The notes under the pieces were generated by a model. The model ran no database searches and was not told the DNA's origin. It saw only the letters and a list, made by a program, of their open reading frames with translations. Position numbers and translations under genes: made by a program. Shown one piece after another: positions 19,636-29,203 of a stretch of DNA of 64,000 nucleotides. Position 1 is the stretch's first letter; each line of letters begins with the position of its first letter. This DNA is from a virus, in the IMG/VR virus record IMGVR_UViG_3300005253_000017, positions 39,841 to 103,840 of that record, one strand, 5' to 3'.

Positions 19636-20080
19636 AAGAATCAGCCAGAAATATCCTTGGCGTCGAGATAGTTATGGTAATTATATCTGTGCCCTGTGTG
19701 GCAAATGCTGCAATGGACGGCGAAAGTACTGTTCTACTGAATGTCAAGACGTAGTTTATATTGAATGTGATCCTGGTTTCGCACGAATGAAAGTTCGACA
19801 ACGTGACCACGGAGTGTGTGCAATATGTGGACGGGATTATGGAATGTTAAAAAGAACACTTCGTCGAGTTCGAGAAATTGATTGGGTAGCTTGGGATTGG
19901 ATTAGAGAGGCACTTGGACTCGGTAATCGAACACATTTCTGGGAGGCGCACCACAAGATAGCTGTTGCCAATGGGGGTGGTGGTTGCGGGCTCAATGGGT
20001 ACGAAACAATCTGCTTTAGGTGTCACCCAAAATTGACCGGTGTGCAACGAAAGGCAAGAAATCAAGACAAGGGTGAATAG
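19619..20080 (+). CDS. HNH endonuclease-like protein
   Basis: RDHGVCAICG, WEAHHK, ETICFRCH. Confidence 0.82.
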   Translation: MRPRGERISQKYPWRRDSYGNYICALCGKCCNGRRKYCSTECQDVVYIECDPGFARMKVRQRDHGVCAICGRDYGMLKRTLRRVREIDWVAWDWIREALGLGNRTHFWEAHHKIAVANGGGGCGLNGYETICFRCHPKLTGVQRKARNQDKGE

Positions 20081-20278
20081 AGCGTATAATGAAATATAGG
20101 TTCGGTTACGGTCGATGCCGTACCTGCCGACGGTTGCTCGCCTCGACTAAACAGGGATTGGCGTACCGGCATGGGCATACGAAACGCAGACCGACGCCGT
20201 GCAAGGGTTCAAAAGAACCATTAACCAATAGGCGAATCAGGCCCAAGCATGCTGGATATCTTTGGTGAACGGTGAATA

Positions 20279-21214
20279 ATGACAACGAACAAGCTCCAGC
20301 AAACCCTCAAGGCTCTCAGGATACCATTTCAGGAATCTACAAAGTGCCTGAACATCAACTGTCCATTCTGCGTGGGCAAGTCAAGCGGGCGTAGGGATGA
20401 CAAGTTTCGCTGCGGGATATTCCCGAACGTCTTACGATACTATTGCTTTAGGTGTCACCGCAAGGGGAGCTTCTACGATATCCTCAGTACCCTGCTGGGA
20501 TATACCCGAAGTGAATACGCTCGGACCGTAGACAAAGCCCCGGACCTACAGGACAAGGACGTGCTGGATATCATACGGGAAAATCTACATGGTGTTCCTA
20601 CGGTCAAGGCCAAGAAGGCGGACAAGATAGAGTTGCCCCCAAGTAGGGGGGTCACCCCCGAACTGGTGGGGGATCAGCCCCTACTCAGGCAATTCCTAGT
20701 CGATAGGGGAATCAGCCTACGGACCTGCAGTGACTACATGGTACGATATACTGGTGTAGCCGGACAGCATGCACAGAGACTCATCATCCCGATATATGAC
20801 GACAACCAGAATCTCGTGGCCTGGCAGGGAAGGGACGTTTCCAGCAAGGCGAAGCTGAAATACTTTACCAACGGTCCCATCATGGACTACCTGTACTGGA
20901 CAGTATCAGTAGAACCGCCGTACAGAATCTATCTGGTAGAGGGAGCGATAGACTGCTGGCGTATGGGGCACAATGCTGTGACATGCTTTAGCAAACAGCT
21001 CACGCGGGGACAGAGGGCAAAGCTGGTGACAGACGACTACATAAAGGAACTAGTGCTGTGCTGGGATTCGGATGCGTATAATGAGGCGAGGGGAACTGCA
21101 TTAGATTTGGCACCGATAATGAGAACCGGGGTGGTCCGCCTGCCGGAGGGCGAGGACCCCGACAGTTTGGGGGCGAAGGCAGTAAGGGAGCTTGATATTG
21201 AATGGCTAAACTGA
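20279..21214 (+). CDS. DNA primase (Zn finger + TOPRIM)
   Basis: CPFC...CFRC, RLIIP, WQGR, VEGAID, WDSD, DPD. Confidence 0.9.
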   Translation: MTTNKLQQTLKALRIPFQESTKCLNINCPFCVGKSSGRRDDKFRCGIFPNVLRYYCFRCHRKGSFYDILSTLLGYTRSEYARTVDKAPDLQDKDVLDIIRENLHGVPTVKAKKADKIELPPSRGVTPELVGDQPLLRQFLVDRGISLRTCSDYMVRYTGVAGQHAQRLIIPIYDDNQNLVAWQGRDVSSKAKLKYFTNGPIMDYLYWTVSVEPPYRIYLVEGAIDCWRMGHNAVTCFSKQLTRGQRAKLVTDDYIKELVLCWDSDAYNEARGTALDLAPIMRTGVVRLPEGEDPDSLGAKAVRELDIEWLN

Positions 21215-22605
21215 ACCAGCACCTCCAGGACTCATTTCTGAGATTAGCACTCACTGACACCGAGTTTCTGAAGCTCACCATAGGACGAATGAAGCCGAAG
21301 TTCTTCACCTCCTACCTAACAGAGAACATCGCCCAACTCTGTTACGACTATTACGCCCAGTTCCAAGAGGCACCGAACCAGCACTTCAAGGACCAGCTCT
21401 CTAGGTTTTTGGAAGACAAGCCCGACGACGAGATAGAAGAATACCGCAGATATCTCAAAAAGCTGGAGGAGCTTCACGAGCCAAACAAGGCTTTCATCCT
21501 TTCCCGCGTACACGAGTTCGTGCGCGTGCGAGAGCGCGAGATAGCGTTGGTCAGGGCATCCGAACTACTGGTTAGGGAGAACGACCTAGAGGGTGCCGAC
21601 AACGTCCTATACGCGGCCCTACAGTCCGGCATACCGGAGGAGGACGCGGGGCTGGACTACCTTCGGGACTATTCTAATATCACCAATAGGGAACGGGAGA
21701 CATATTTGGTTCCTACGGGGATTCAAGCATTGGATAGACTGATAGGGGGATACAACAGGGGACAGCTTTTGGTCTGTTTAGGGGGATACAAGGCAGGCAA
21801 GACGTTCTTTCTCTCCCACCTTGCCAAGACTGGCCTTCACCATGGCCTGAACATACTCCATATCTCAAACGAGGTCTCGCAGTGGGTACAGGAACTTCGG
21901 TACGATATGATGTTCACCGCTAGGGGAAGCAAGCGGATCGGTCAGGAGGTAGGCTATTGGAAATGGACCCCAGCTAAGGGACATCAATATCATACATCCA
22001 AGATTCGGTCCGTATACCAAACTGACGTGGCAATAAAGGCTCGCAAACGGATGCAGCGGTTCGGGGGCAGACTCAGGATCAAGAAATATCCCATGGGCCA
22101 ATGTAGTCCGCCTGAAGTGGAACGTTTCCTCAATTACCTGGAGGCGTTTGAAGACTTTACCCCCGATATTCTGCTCATTGACTACTTGGATATTATGGAC
22201 CTGTCGGGGTTTGGCAAGGAACTTAGGCATCAGTTGAACGGGGTCTACATCTGGGCGAAGGGACTGGCAGACCGTAGAAATATCCTCGTGGCAACGGTGT
22301 CCCAGGTAACTAGGAGCGCTTTGAAGAAACGGTATGTATCGCAGAGGGACGTGGCGGAGGACGCCAGGAAATGCGGGAATGCCGATATCATGTTGGCAAT
22401 AGGTAGGGGAGACAATGAAGTGCGAAACAACCTGGCTGGTATTTCAGTAATAGCCAACCGCGAGGGACAACAGGACGTAAGCTGCACGATAAGTTTATGC
22501 TATGATTTGGGACAGTTCTGCATCTCGTCCTGGATAGGCGTGGACGTGGACAACGAGATATTTGAGATAGGGAAAGAGGATGAAAAATCCCAAGGACCTA
22601 ACTGA
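21202..22605 (+). CDS. DnaB-like replicative helicase
   Basis: PTGIQALD, GGYKAGKT, SNE, LIDYLD, VSQ. Confidence 0.9.
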   Translation: MAKLNQHLQDSFLRLALTDTEFLKLTIGRMKPKFFTSYLTENIAQLCYDYYAQFQEAPNQHFKDQLSRFLEDKPDDEIEEYRRYLKKLEELHEPNKAFILSRVHEFVRVREREIALVRASELLVRENDLEGADNVLYAALQSGIPEEDAGLDYLRDYSNITNRERETYLVPTGIQALDRLIGGYNRGQLLVCLGGYKAGKTFFLSHLAKTGLHHGLNILHISNEVSQWVQELRYDMMFTARGSKRIGQEVGYWKWTPAKGHQYHTSKIRSVYQTDVAIKARKRMQRFGGRLRIKKYPMGQCSPPEVERFLNYLEAFEDFTPDILLIDYLDIMDLSGFGKELRHQLNGVYIWAKGLADRRNILVATVSQVTRSALKKRYVSQRDVAEDARKCGNADIMLAIGRGDNEVRNNLAGISVIANREGQQDVSCTISLCYDLGQFCISSWIGVDVDNEIFEIGKEDEKSQGPN

Positions 22606-23989
22606 AAAAGAGGTAAAGTCAATCCTTTGGGGTGTCGATTTTAAGACGAAGCCTCTCCATCACCAGGCAGTCTCCCTCATCTGGGCAGCGGACGCCGGGA
22701 AACGGATAGCCTACTGGCATGACATAGGAACGGGCAAGACCCTGACGAGCCTGTACACACATCAACTCTGGGGGACTAGAAGGCTCTTGGTAGTATGTCC
22801 CAACTCAGTGGTCGAGGGGTGGGAGCAGCAGATAGCTGAGCACACCGATCAGAGTTATCATCTATTGAGGGGAAGCAAGACCGAGAGACGGGCGATGATT
22901 CAGAATAACGGCGATATCTGGATTGTCAATTATGAGGGACTAAGGGTGTTGTTCGGTGATTACCACGGAGAGGGCAAAGAGAAACGATGGCTCCTGAATC
23001 GGCATCTAATCAAGGAGGCTGAATTCGACGGTATTGTATTCGATGAGATGCACCACCTGGCTCATTCTAAGACCATTCAATCCAAGGCAGCTGTTGCCCT
23101 GAGCAGCAGCGCGGTTCATGTCATAGGAATGACAGGCACGCCCATCTCAACAGGGGAGGCCGATCTATGGGCGGAATATTATGCCCTGGATGGGGGCGAG
23201 ACGTTGGGGACGGGCATAATGGCATTCCTACGAAAGTACTTTGAACAGGACTACTGGGGGAAATGGAGGATCAAGAAGGATGAGCTAGAGAATATCCTAG
23301 AGAGAATATCACCGACCACGTTAAGGTATTCTAGGGACGAATGCTTCGATTTGCCCGAGCGTATGTACGAAGAGCGGTATTGCGACATGACAGCCGAGCA
23401 GAAAAAACTGACACAGGAGATCATCGGGGATAAGACAATCGACAGCAGAAACAAGGGCAACAAGTTCTCGCAGGTCGCGGGCGGCTTTTTGATTAAGCGA
23501 ACGGGCACAACAAGGCTGAAGAAGAATCCCAAGCTTGACGAACTGAAGGAGGTCATCCGGGGGATGGTAGGCAAGGGCATCGTATTCCACGCCTACATTG
23601 AGGAGGGAAGGATGATAGAGGAACGACTGACCAAGATGGGCATAGGTCACGCGGGCATCCGGGGTGAAGTCAAGGACCAGGCGGCGGAGCTGCGGCGATT
23701 CAAGAGCGACCCGAAGTGCCGCGTGTTGGTCGCCCATCCCCGGAGCGGGGGCGAGGGACTAAATCTCCAGCACGCTTCAACCGCTATCTTCTACGGCAAC
23801 GGGACGTTCGGAGCGGGGGTGCGGAGCCAGGCGGAGGGGCGCATCTGGCGGCTGGGGCAGGAGCAGGAGTGCCTCTACATCGACCTGCTCTGCCGGGATT
23901 CAGTGGACGAGCTGCGGCTGGACAGGGTGGAATCCCAGGCCGAAATCGCGGAAAAGGTGACCTCCTGGGTGGAAAAGCATGGGGGCTAA
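22580..23989 (+). CDS. SNF2-family helicase
   Basis: DIGTGKT, VVCP, DEMH, MTGTP, GGEGLNL, QAEGRIWRLGQ. Confidence 0.92.
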   Translation: MKNPKDLTEKEVKSILWGVDFKTKPLHHQAVSLIWAADAGKRIAYWHDIGTGKTLTSLYTHQLWGTRRLLVVCPNSVVEGWEQQIAEHTDQSYHLLRGSKTERRAMIQNNGDIWIVNYEGLRVLFGDYHGEGKEKRWLLNRHLIKEAEFDGIVFDEMHHLAHSKTIQSKAAVALSSSAVHVIGMTGTPISTGEADLWAEYYALDGGETLGTGIMAFLRKYFEQDYWGKWRIKKDELENILERISPTTLRYSRDECFDLPERMYEERYCDMTAEQKKLTQEIIGDKTIDSRNKGNKFSQVAGGFLIKRTGTTRLKKNPKLDELKEVIRGMVGKGIVFHAYIEEGRMIEERLTKMGIGHAGIRGEVKDQAAELRRFKSDPKCRVLVAHPRSGGEGLNLQHASTAIFYGNGTFGAGVRSQAEGRIWRLGQEQECLYIDLLCRDSVDELRLDRVESQAEIAEKVTSWVEKHGG

Positions 23990-24103
23990 GTCTTTGTTTT
24001 ATAAGGGCTTACAAAGAAGGTGAAAAAAGACTTGGTTTTTTTCTATTTTGGGGTTTACTTTTGGCCGATGTAACGTATAATGATAGTAGAGTGAAAATCG
24101 AAT
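23987..24103 (+). promoter_or_regulatory. early promoter copy 1 with upstream imperfect palindrome
   Basis: TTTACT 24054-59, 16 bp, TATAAT 24076-81; repeated at 52248-52362. Confidence 0.8.
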
Positions 24104-24127
24104 AACCTTGAACTAGGAGACAAGGAC

Positions 24128-24586
24128 ATGAATCAAGAACGACAATACCAGGCTACTGAAAGTTGCCATCCTGACTGGTCTCTTGCTGCACCAGAACCAA
24201 CGAAACCACGACCGGGCGAAATTGTTCGCCTCTCAAGGCCCAGCATAGGACGTCCTGATTTACCTGAGCACACCTATATCCGTATTGTGAAGTTCCAGAA
24301 AGACCCGATTAGGGAACCCGGCAGACCATCACTGCTGATTACAGAAGCCGAGAACAATATCGGTAGTTGGGTTGCCTATTCTCGCGGACAAGCGGAAGCG
24401 ATTTTCAAGGCCTCGCCGCCAGCCCCGCCATCCGATGAATATCAACGAGGGAGCGGGGCTTGGGATGCATGGCGTCTTGGATATGCCGACGCATTAGATG
24501 GTGTTGCCTCAAGCCATCGTGTACTGCCTGGGGGCTTAACGACAAGCTATAATCAGGGATGGAAAGCCGCCAACGCCGTATCGTAA
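24128..24586 (+). CDS. early hypothetical protein
   Basis: AGGAGACAAGGAC-ATG RBS. Confidence 0.7.
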   Translation: MNQERQYQATESCHPDWSLAAPEPTKPRPGEIVRLSRPSIGRPDLPEHTYIRIVKFQKDPIREPGRPSLLITEAENNIGSWVAYSRGQAEAIFKASPPAPPSDEYQRGSGAWDAWRLGYADALDGVASSHRVLPGGLTTSYNQGWKAANAVS

Positions 24587-24598
24587 GGAGATAAGGAC

Positions 24599-24799
24599 AT
24601 GACGAAACGGCTACAACACGGCGAGATGTGGGAACCCTGCCCTGAATGCGAGCAAGAACCAGTATGCACGCTTTGCGGCTTTTGTGTAAACTGCTGTATC
24701 TGCCCCGATAAGACAAACGGGCAGCCAACAGCAGGGTCACCCATAGCCAAACGGATGAACTTAGCCCTTGGCACGCTTGGGTTTGATAAACCTAAATAA
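24599..24799 (+). CDS. early Cys-rich protein
   Basis: CPEC..CTLCGFCVNCCIC; AAGGAGATAAGGAC RBS. Confidence 0.65.
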   Translation: MTKRLQHGEMWEPCPECEQEPVCTLCGFCVNCCICPDKTNGQPTAGSPIAKRMNLALGTLGFDKPK

Positions 24800-24811
24800 G
24801 GAGACAAGGAC

Positions 24812-25009
24812 ATGACTAAGCATTACATCGATGCCGAAACGGTTCACAACTGGATACAGCGATACCGAGACCTTCCCTACTTCAACGACTTGTCAGTAGG
24901 GGCCAGCATCGCAATAGCCAAGTTTAACCGTCGCAAAACCGATATGACGGCAGGCGACTATGCTCGCTATCTCTGTGAGACATTCCCCGTAGAATTCCTG
25001 TACGGCTAG
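24812..25009 (+). CDS. early hypothetical protein
   Basis: AAGGAGACAAGGAC RBS. Confidence 0.65.
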   Translation: MTKHYIDAETVHNWIQRYRDLPYFNDLSVGASIAIAKFNRRKTDMTAGDYARYLCETFPVEFLYG

Positions 25010-25019
25010 GAGACAAAAA

Positions 25020-25406
25020 GTGACAAAACATTATGGTAAAGAGCCGTGGGAGATGACGCGGGAACAGTTCAAGGCGTTTCAGCCCACCGTTCCTGAGTGG
25101 TTTGAAGAGGGACTTGAGGCAAGGGGACGGGCTAGATCATTCATCAGTCAGCGAACACTTCATACTGAAAGTACACTGGATTACGAATTACCAGATGTGG
25201 AGCAAGCAAAGTGGGGGATGCGGACATATCGTGATGCAGCGGATGCTGCCAAGAATTGGCTTGCTGAGCATCCTGAATATGTCTCAGACCACGAAGACGC
25301 TGTATATGAAGCTGTGGCTGAAGGCAAGCCCGTCCCCCTCTCCGTCCTTCAAGAATACAGAGGGCAGGGGTGGGCTGATGATGCAATGATAAAGGAGACA
25401 CTATGA
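25020..25406 (+). CDS. early hypothetical protein (PWEMT...GKPVP motif)
   Basis: RBS AGGAGACAAAA; motif pair recalled from large phage polyvalent proteins, unverified. Confidence 0.6.
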   Translation: MTKHYGKEPWEMTREQFKAFQPTVPEWFEEGLEARGRARSFISQRTLHTESTLDYELPDVEQAKWGMRTYRDAADAAKNWLAEHPEYVSDHEDAVYEAVAEGKPVPLSVLQEYRGQGWADDAMIKETL

Positions 25407-25771
25407 GCGAACAAGCCAAAGTTGTCGTAGAACCCATCGAGATACCTTTACATTCCGAGCAAGAACTACGGGAGATTGCCCAAGGCATACAGACTGGGGC
25501 AATCTGGACGCATTTGGACTGCCCGGAACCGACAGACTTGGTAATGATGTTCATGCCATTCGCACTAATGGAGCCGAAACTAAAGCACAAGCTTCGCACT
25601 TCCGACATTGGGCTAATCTACGAACACATCAATAGGGCAGGACCGCGAAGTATTAACGGACGGCCATGTTTCGTCTCTTTCAAGCTGTTGAACGAAGCCG
25701 ACGCCGACAAGGTTCAGGGATACTGTCGGGAGCTTCAGAAATCAGTGGAAGTCGCGGGAGAAACCCCATGA
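25403..25771 (+). CDS. early hypothetical protein
   Basis: AAGGAGAC RBS, ATGA coupling. Confidence 0.65.
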   Translation: MSEQAKVVVEPIEIPLHSEQELREIAQGIQTGAIWTHLDCPEPTDLVMMFMPFALMEPKLKHKLRTSDIGLIYEHINRAGPRSINGRPCFVSFKLLNEADADKVQGYCRELQKSVEVAGETP

Positions 25772-26001
25772 CGACAAGCAAAAGATTCTGGATCGGAAGC
25801 CTGTACCAGTCGGCAGCGATAATGTATGTTGATAAAGATGGTCGCTATGACTACTGCCACCCTGATCAACCTGCACGTAGGTTGTGGAAAACTCGCGGTG
25901 GCGCGGAGCGAGCATTGGCTAAGATCGAAGTCGGTCCGGCAAAATCTTGGGGTCGCTGGTTCGTTTATGAAAAACAGGAGACAACCGATGTACGCCTGTA
26001 A
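25768..26001 (+). CDS. early hypothetical protein
   Basis: GGGAGA RBS, ATGA coupling. Confidence 0.55.
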   Translation: MTTSKRFWIGSLYQSAAIMYVDKDGRYDYCHPDQPARRLWKTRGGAERALAKIEVGPAKSWGRWFVYEKQETTDVRL

Positions 26002-26281
26002 CGAATCTCTCTGTGACATAGACTGCGAGGGCAGCACAAACTGTGAATGTTTCCGCTGTGGCTTGCCTGTGTGCAAAACTTGTAGCCATCATATGCCCTA
26101 TCTTCACTTCGGCACAAGGCGCATCTGTCGTTCATGCCGCCTGGAAATGAAAGGGGAAACCAAACGCCTGCAGAAGCGAGTCAGGCAGCTAGAACGAGAA
26201 GTCGTCGAGTTGACCAAGATCAGAGACCTTGCCCGCAAGACCCTTATCAAGTTCGCGGGCATGAAGGAGACAAGGAAATGA
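25988..26281 (+). CDS. early Cys-rich zinc-finger protein with coiled tail
   Basis: AGGAGACAA RBS; CFRC, CKTC, CRSC. Confidence 0.6.
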   Translation: MYACNESLCDIDCEGSTNCECFRCGLPVCKTCSHHMPYLHFGTRRICRSCRLEMKGETKRLQKRVRQLEREVVELTKIRDLARKTLIKFAGMKETRK

Positions 26282-26571
26282 TAGAGCATTCTATCAGCAG
26301 CGAGACTTACTGTTCTGCGGGAGACCTGTATGACGCATGGGCTGACTTCACTCCAGAGCGTTGGCGATATCCCCAGCTCGACACGTTGAAAGACCTGATC
26401 GGTGCGCTTGGATACGGGAGCGTAACGGATTTTCTCAGCAGCAACCCAGACGCGATCAGCGCTGTGGTACGTTCAATTATCAGCCAGATGGCGAGTAGGC
26501 CAGAGTGGAAACAGAGGCTCACCGATGCCATGGAAGTAGATGATGATGCAACAGCAAAGGAGACCTCATGA
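26278..26571 (+). CDS. early hypothetical protein
   Basis: AAGGAGACAAGGAA-ATG. Confidence 0.6.
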   Translation: MIEHSISSETYCSAGDLYDAWADFTPERWRYPQLDTLKDLIGALGYGSVTDFLSSNPDAISAVVRSIISQMASRPEWKQRLTDAMEVDDDATAKETS

Positions 26572-26777
26572 CCCACGAACAGACCCTCAAGGAAGTCGAG
26601 TACCTCAAGGAATGTCTCGACAGGTTCGCCGGGCTATTGCCCCAAGGCAGGACCTCCTCATTCTACGCGGCCTGGCAGAGGTGCCTCCTCAGGTGGCAGC
26701 GGGAGGTCGGGCACGCGGTAGAATATTTCGATTCCAAGGCGGATTCTGATTGCCTTCCATTGAGTCACAAGGTATAA
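26568..26777 (+). CDS. early hypothetical protein
   Basis: AAGGAGAC RBS. Confidence 0.55.
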   Translation: MTHEQTLKEVEYLKECLDRFAGLLPQGRTSSFYAAWQRCLLRWQREVGHAVEYFDSKADSDCLPLSHKV

Positions 26778-26781
26778 GGAG

Positions 26782-27006
26782 ATGGACATGAAATTCCATG
26801 CATCCAATAAAACGTATAAGGAGACGATCATGCGATTCGGCGCCCTCAACAAGATGAACAAACAGTATCACGCACTAGTCGAAATAAGTAACGCAGTGGA
26901 ACGACTGATCTCTTTAATCGACAATGAGCATCTCCGATCAGATTTGCCCACGGCGGTTCGGTCACATTTGGCCGAAATTGAAATCCGTCTGAAGGATGTG
27001 GAATGA
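26782..27006 (+). CDS. early hypothetical protein
   Basis: AAGGAGA RBS. Confidence 0.55.
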   Translation: MDMKFHASNKTYKETIMRFGALNKMNKQYHALVEISNAVERLISLIDNEHLRSDLPTAVRSHLAEIEIRLKDVE

Positions 27007-27010
27007 AACA

Positions 27011-27078
27011 GCGGGACCGGGTTTCTCTTGGCGCTTCGTGGCGTCACTTGTCTCCTTCCCGGTCCCGCACCATTTTTC
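27011..27078 (+). ncRNA. hairpin with anti-RBS bulge, terminator-like
   Basis: 11-bp stem GCGGGACCGGG/CCCGGTCCCGC enclosing CTTGTCTCCTT; followed by ACCATTTTT. Confidence 0.6.
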
Positions 27079-27093
27079 TGAAAGGAGCATATC

Positions 27094-27297
27094 ATGGTAT
27101 TACATATGACAGATGCCGAGTATATCGAAAAACTAGAAGGTACGGAACGTAGACTAAACCGGGACAAGAAGGCATTACTGGAAGCATGCGAGGCTTTTGT
27201 TAAAGCATGGGAGAAATCGCACCAATTGGAAAAGACGGACGTAGCAATGAGAAAAGCCCGTATAGCCATCGCACTGGCTAAGGAGACCACGCCATGA
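27094..27297 (+). CDS. hypothetical protein
   Basis: AAGGAG RBS. Confidence 0.55.
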   Translation: MVLHMTDAEYIEKLEGTERRLNRDKKALLEACEAFVKAWEKSHQLEKTDVAMRKARIAIALAKETTP

Positions 27298-27875
27298 TAG
27301 CAACAGCAACCCCACAGCCCCCGTCCCTTGAGAGCTTCGAGAAGCTCATTCACCAGCAGGCGTTCTACTGCTGGCAACGATTACTGGCCCCCAAAGCGCT
27401 GGAGATGGATGACCTCCACCAAGAGGGGGCCTTGGTCTACCTCCAGGCAACCGGGAAGTGGAGGCCGGATAGGGGTAAGTTCATCACGTTGTTTCACCTC
27501 ATGCTCCAGCACCATTTCGCCAGGATTCTCAGCAGGGCTCACAGGACACATCTGCCGACCTACGAGATGGGGATATCGGATGAGACGGCGGTTCCCTGGT
27601 TCATTGCCGATCCCCCGGATACGCGGGAGGCAACCCGGCGGATTATCGACCACTTCTACGAGATCGTCTCCCGACTGTCCTGGCGGTTCGTGCGGGAACT
27701 TCTCGACCCCTCAGAGGCGTTCCAGGACTGGGAACGAGGGCGATACAAGAACCCCGCCAAATCGCCAAGAACGCGGAAATGCCGGGTAGTCAGGTTCATG
27801 GGCCTGGACCGTTCGGAAGTATCCGCAATACGGCGAGAATTGGCGGTCAAGTTATCGCGGGGATTGGTCGCCTAG
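27294..27875 (+). CDS. sigma-70 region-2-like phage sigma factor
   Basis: EMDDLHQEG..YLQATGKWRPDRGKFITL resembles DL.QEG..GL..A..FDP.RG.F.T. Confidence 0.7.
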   Translation: MIATATPQPPSLESFEKLIHQQAFYCWQRLLAPKALEMDDLHQEGALVYLQATGKWRPDRGKFITLFHLMLQHHFARILSRAHRTHLPTYEMGISDETAVPWFIADPPDTREATRRIIDHFYEIVSRLSWRFVRELLDPSEAFQDWERGRYKNPAKSPRTRKCRVVRFMGLDRSEVSAIRRELAVKLSRGLVA

Positions 27876-27947
27876 GGGCTGAGGAACGCTGAGGATCGTT
27901 TGTAAGCGACGCTAGGGGGAGGATGGGGGTTTTATTCCTAGGCCTTC

Positions 27948-28142
27948 TTAGGGTGGGGCGGTAGGGGCAGATTTAGCGGCCTCATCGAGTTTCGCGCATT
28001 GCTGGCGAGCGACCATCCATCCCTGGCTATTTTTAGCAATAATCTTTTTCTTGTGGGCTTTACACGTATGGCCGAACCCACACTGCCGTTTGTCATCGCA
28101 TAAACGGCAGAGAACAAGAATTCGTTGAATTATCTCATTCAC
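27948..28142 (-). CDS. small Cys-rich protein at end of tail module
   Basis: CRLC..C..C..C; GTGA/ATG coupling. Confidence 0.5.
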   Translation of the reverse strand: MNEIIQRILVLCRLCDDKRQCGFGHTCKAHKKKIIAKNSQGWMVARQQCAKLDEAAKSAPTAPP

Positions 28143-29203
28143 CGTCTGTGTCCTACAGGAACAAGCTGTTGACCCCCATAATTATTGCTGATAGAATTAT
28201 CACTATCGATTAAAGTCCCGTCTGTGTCATCCAAGACAACAAAGCTTTTCTCGCTAAAGTAATAACTTGCCCTCGTCTGACCATTGGCAGTGCATATCCC
28301 TACACCGCCTTGATGATCCCCTGTATCGGAAGCATCATAGGACCAAATTACATTTCCACCGTGATCTAATTTCCAAACACTTGCGTATTCTCCTGCGGCA
28401 CCGGGCCAATCATTTGTACGCCTGGTGAAAACACGAACTCCGTCCGAGTCCGCCCACAAACTATCGACGCTGTTCCCAAACTTCTTGGACCAGTTAACTG
28501 AACCAGTGAGAGAAAACTGCCAAAGTGTGACATTATCGGGAGTACCACCGCCTTCACTGGCCACGTAGTAATAATCACTATAATGCATGCAATCTGTACC
28601 TCTATCGCTCATATCATAAGCCCAGGTCATATCCGAAGTCGCGTCGTCGATTTCCCATACTGTTGCCCAATCAGAATTAGGCAAACTCCAAGCTCTGGCC
28701 CTATATCCAGTCACCAGAATCTTGTCCCCCGCAGGTCTACAAGTTACCCCATTTAACCATACGGCCCCACTTCCCCAATTCCACTTTTCACTAATTGAAC
28801 CACCAGAATATTCTAACTTTCTGAGATCAGAAAGGTGAGAACCAGCCTGACCGGCAACGAAACAATAATCATGAGAATCATCGCTAGGACAAGAACAATG
28901 CAAGCCAACAAATATATTTCCAGAATAATTTGCTAATAGAGTCCCATCGTCTACATCTATTATCCAAGTCCTCCCGCCCGCCTCTATAACATTTGACCAT
29001 ACTTTATCACCATAATGACCAATACTAAGCCAGTAATCATTAGGAAACGGGGGTGGACGGGTCCAACATACAGGGGTAATTGATGGGGGGAGACGGGAAA
29101 GACCTCCATTTATTAATATCTGATTACAGCATCGCCGGTGGACAGCAAACCCTGTCGGAGTGACAAGGAACCTACCCGTAATTGGGGAAAGCATAAATGA
29201 CAT
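28139..29203 (-). CDS. minor tail protein, beta-propeller-like
   Basis: Repeated W-x-[YK] blades (DGTL, VNWSK, VIWSY); position after tape measure. Confidence 0.65.
   Translation of the reverse strand: MSFMLSPITGRFLVTPTGFAVHRRCCNQILINGGLSRLPPSITPVCWTRPPPFPNDYWLSIGHYGDKVWSNVIEAGGRTWIIDVDDGTLLANYSGNIFVGLHCSCPSDDSHDYCFVAGQAGSHLSDLRKLEYSGGSISEKWNWGSGAVWLNGVTCRPAGDKILVTGYRARAWSLPNSDWATVWEIDDATSDMTWAYDMSDRGTDCMHYSDYYYVASEGGGTPDNVTLWQFSLTGSVNWSKKFGNSVDSLWADSDGVRVFTRRTNDWPGAAGEYASVWKLDHGGNVIWSYDASDTGDHQGGVGICTANGQTRASYYFSEKSFVVLDDTDGTLIDSDNSISNNYGGQQLVPVGHRR

Noticed and set aside
20120-20205. Possible second hammerhead (CTGCCGA ... CGAAAC)
   Set aside because: Core deviates from CUGANGA, stems II/III do not close properly and there is no NUH triplet. 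Kept only as a generic structured region.
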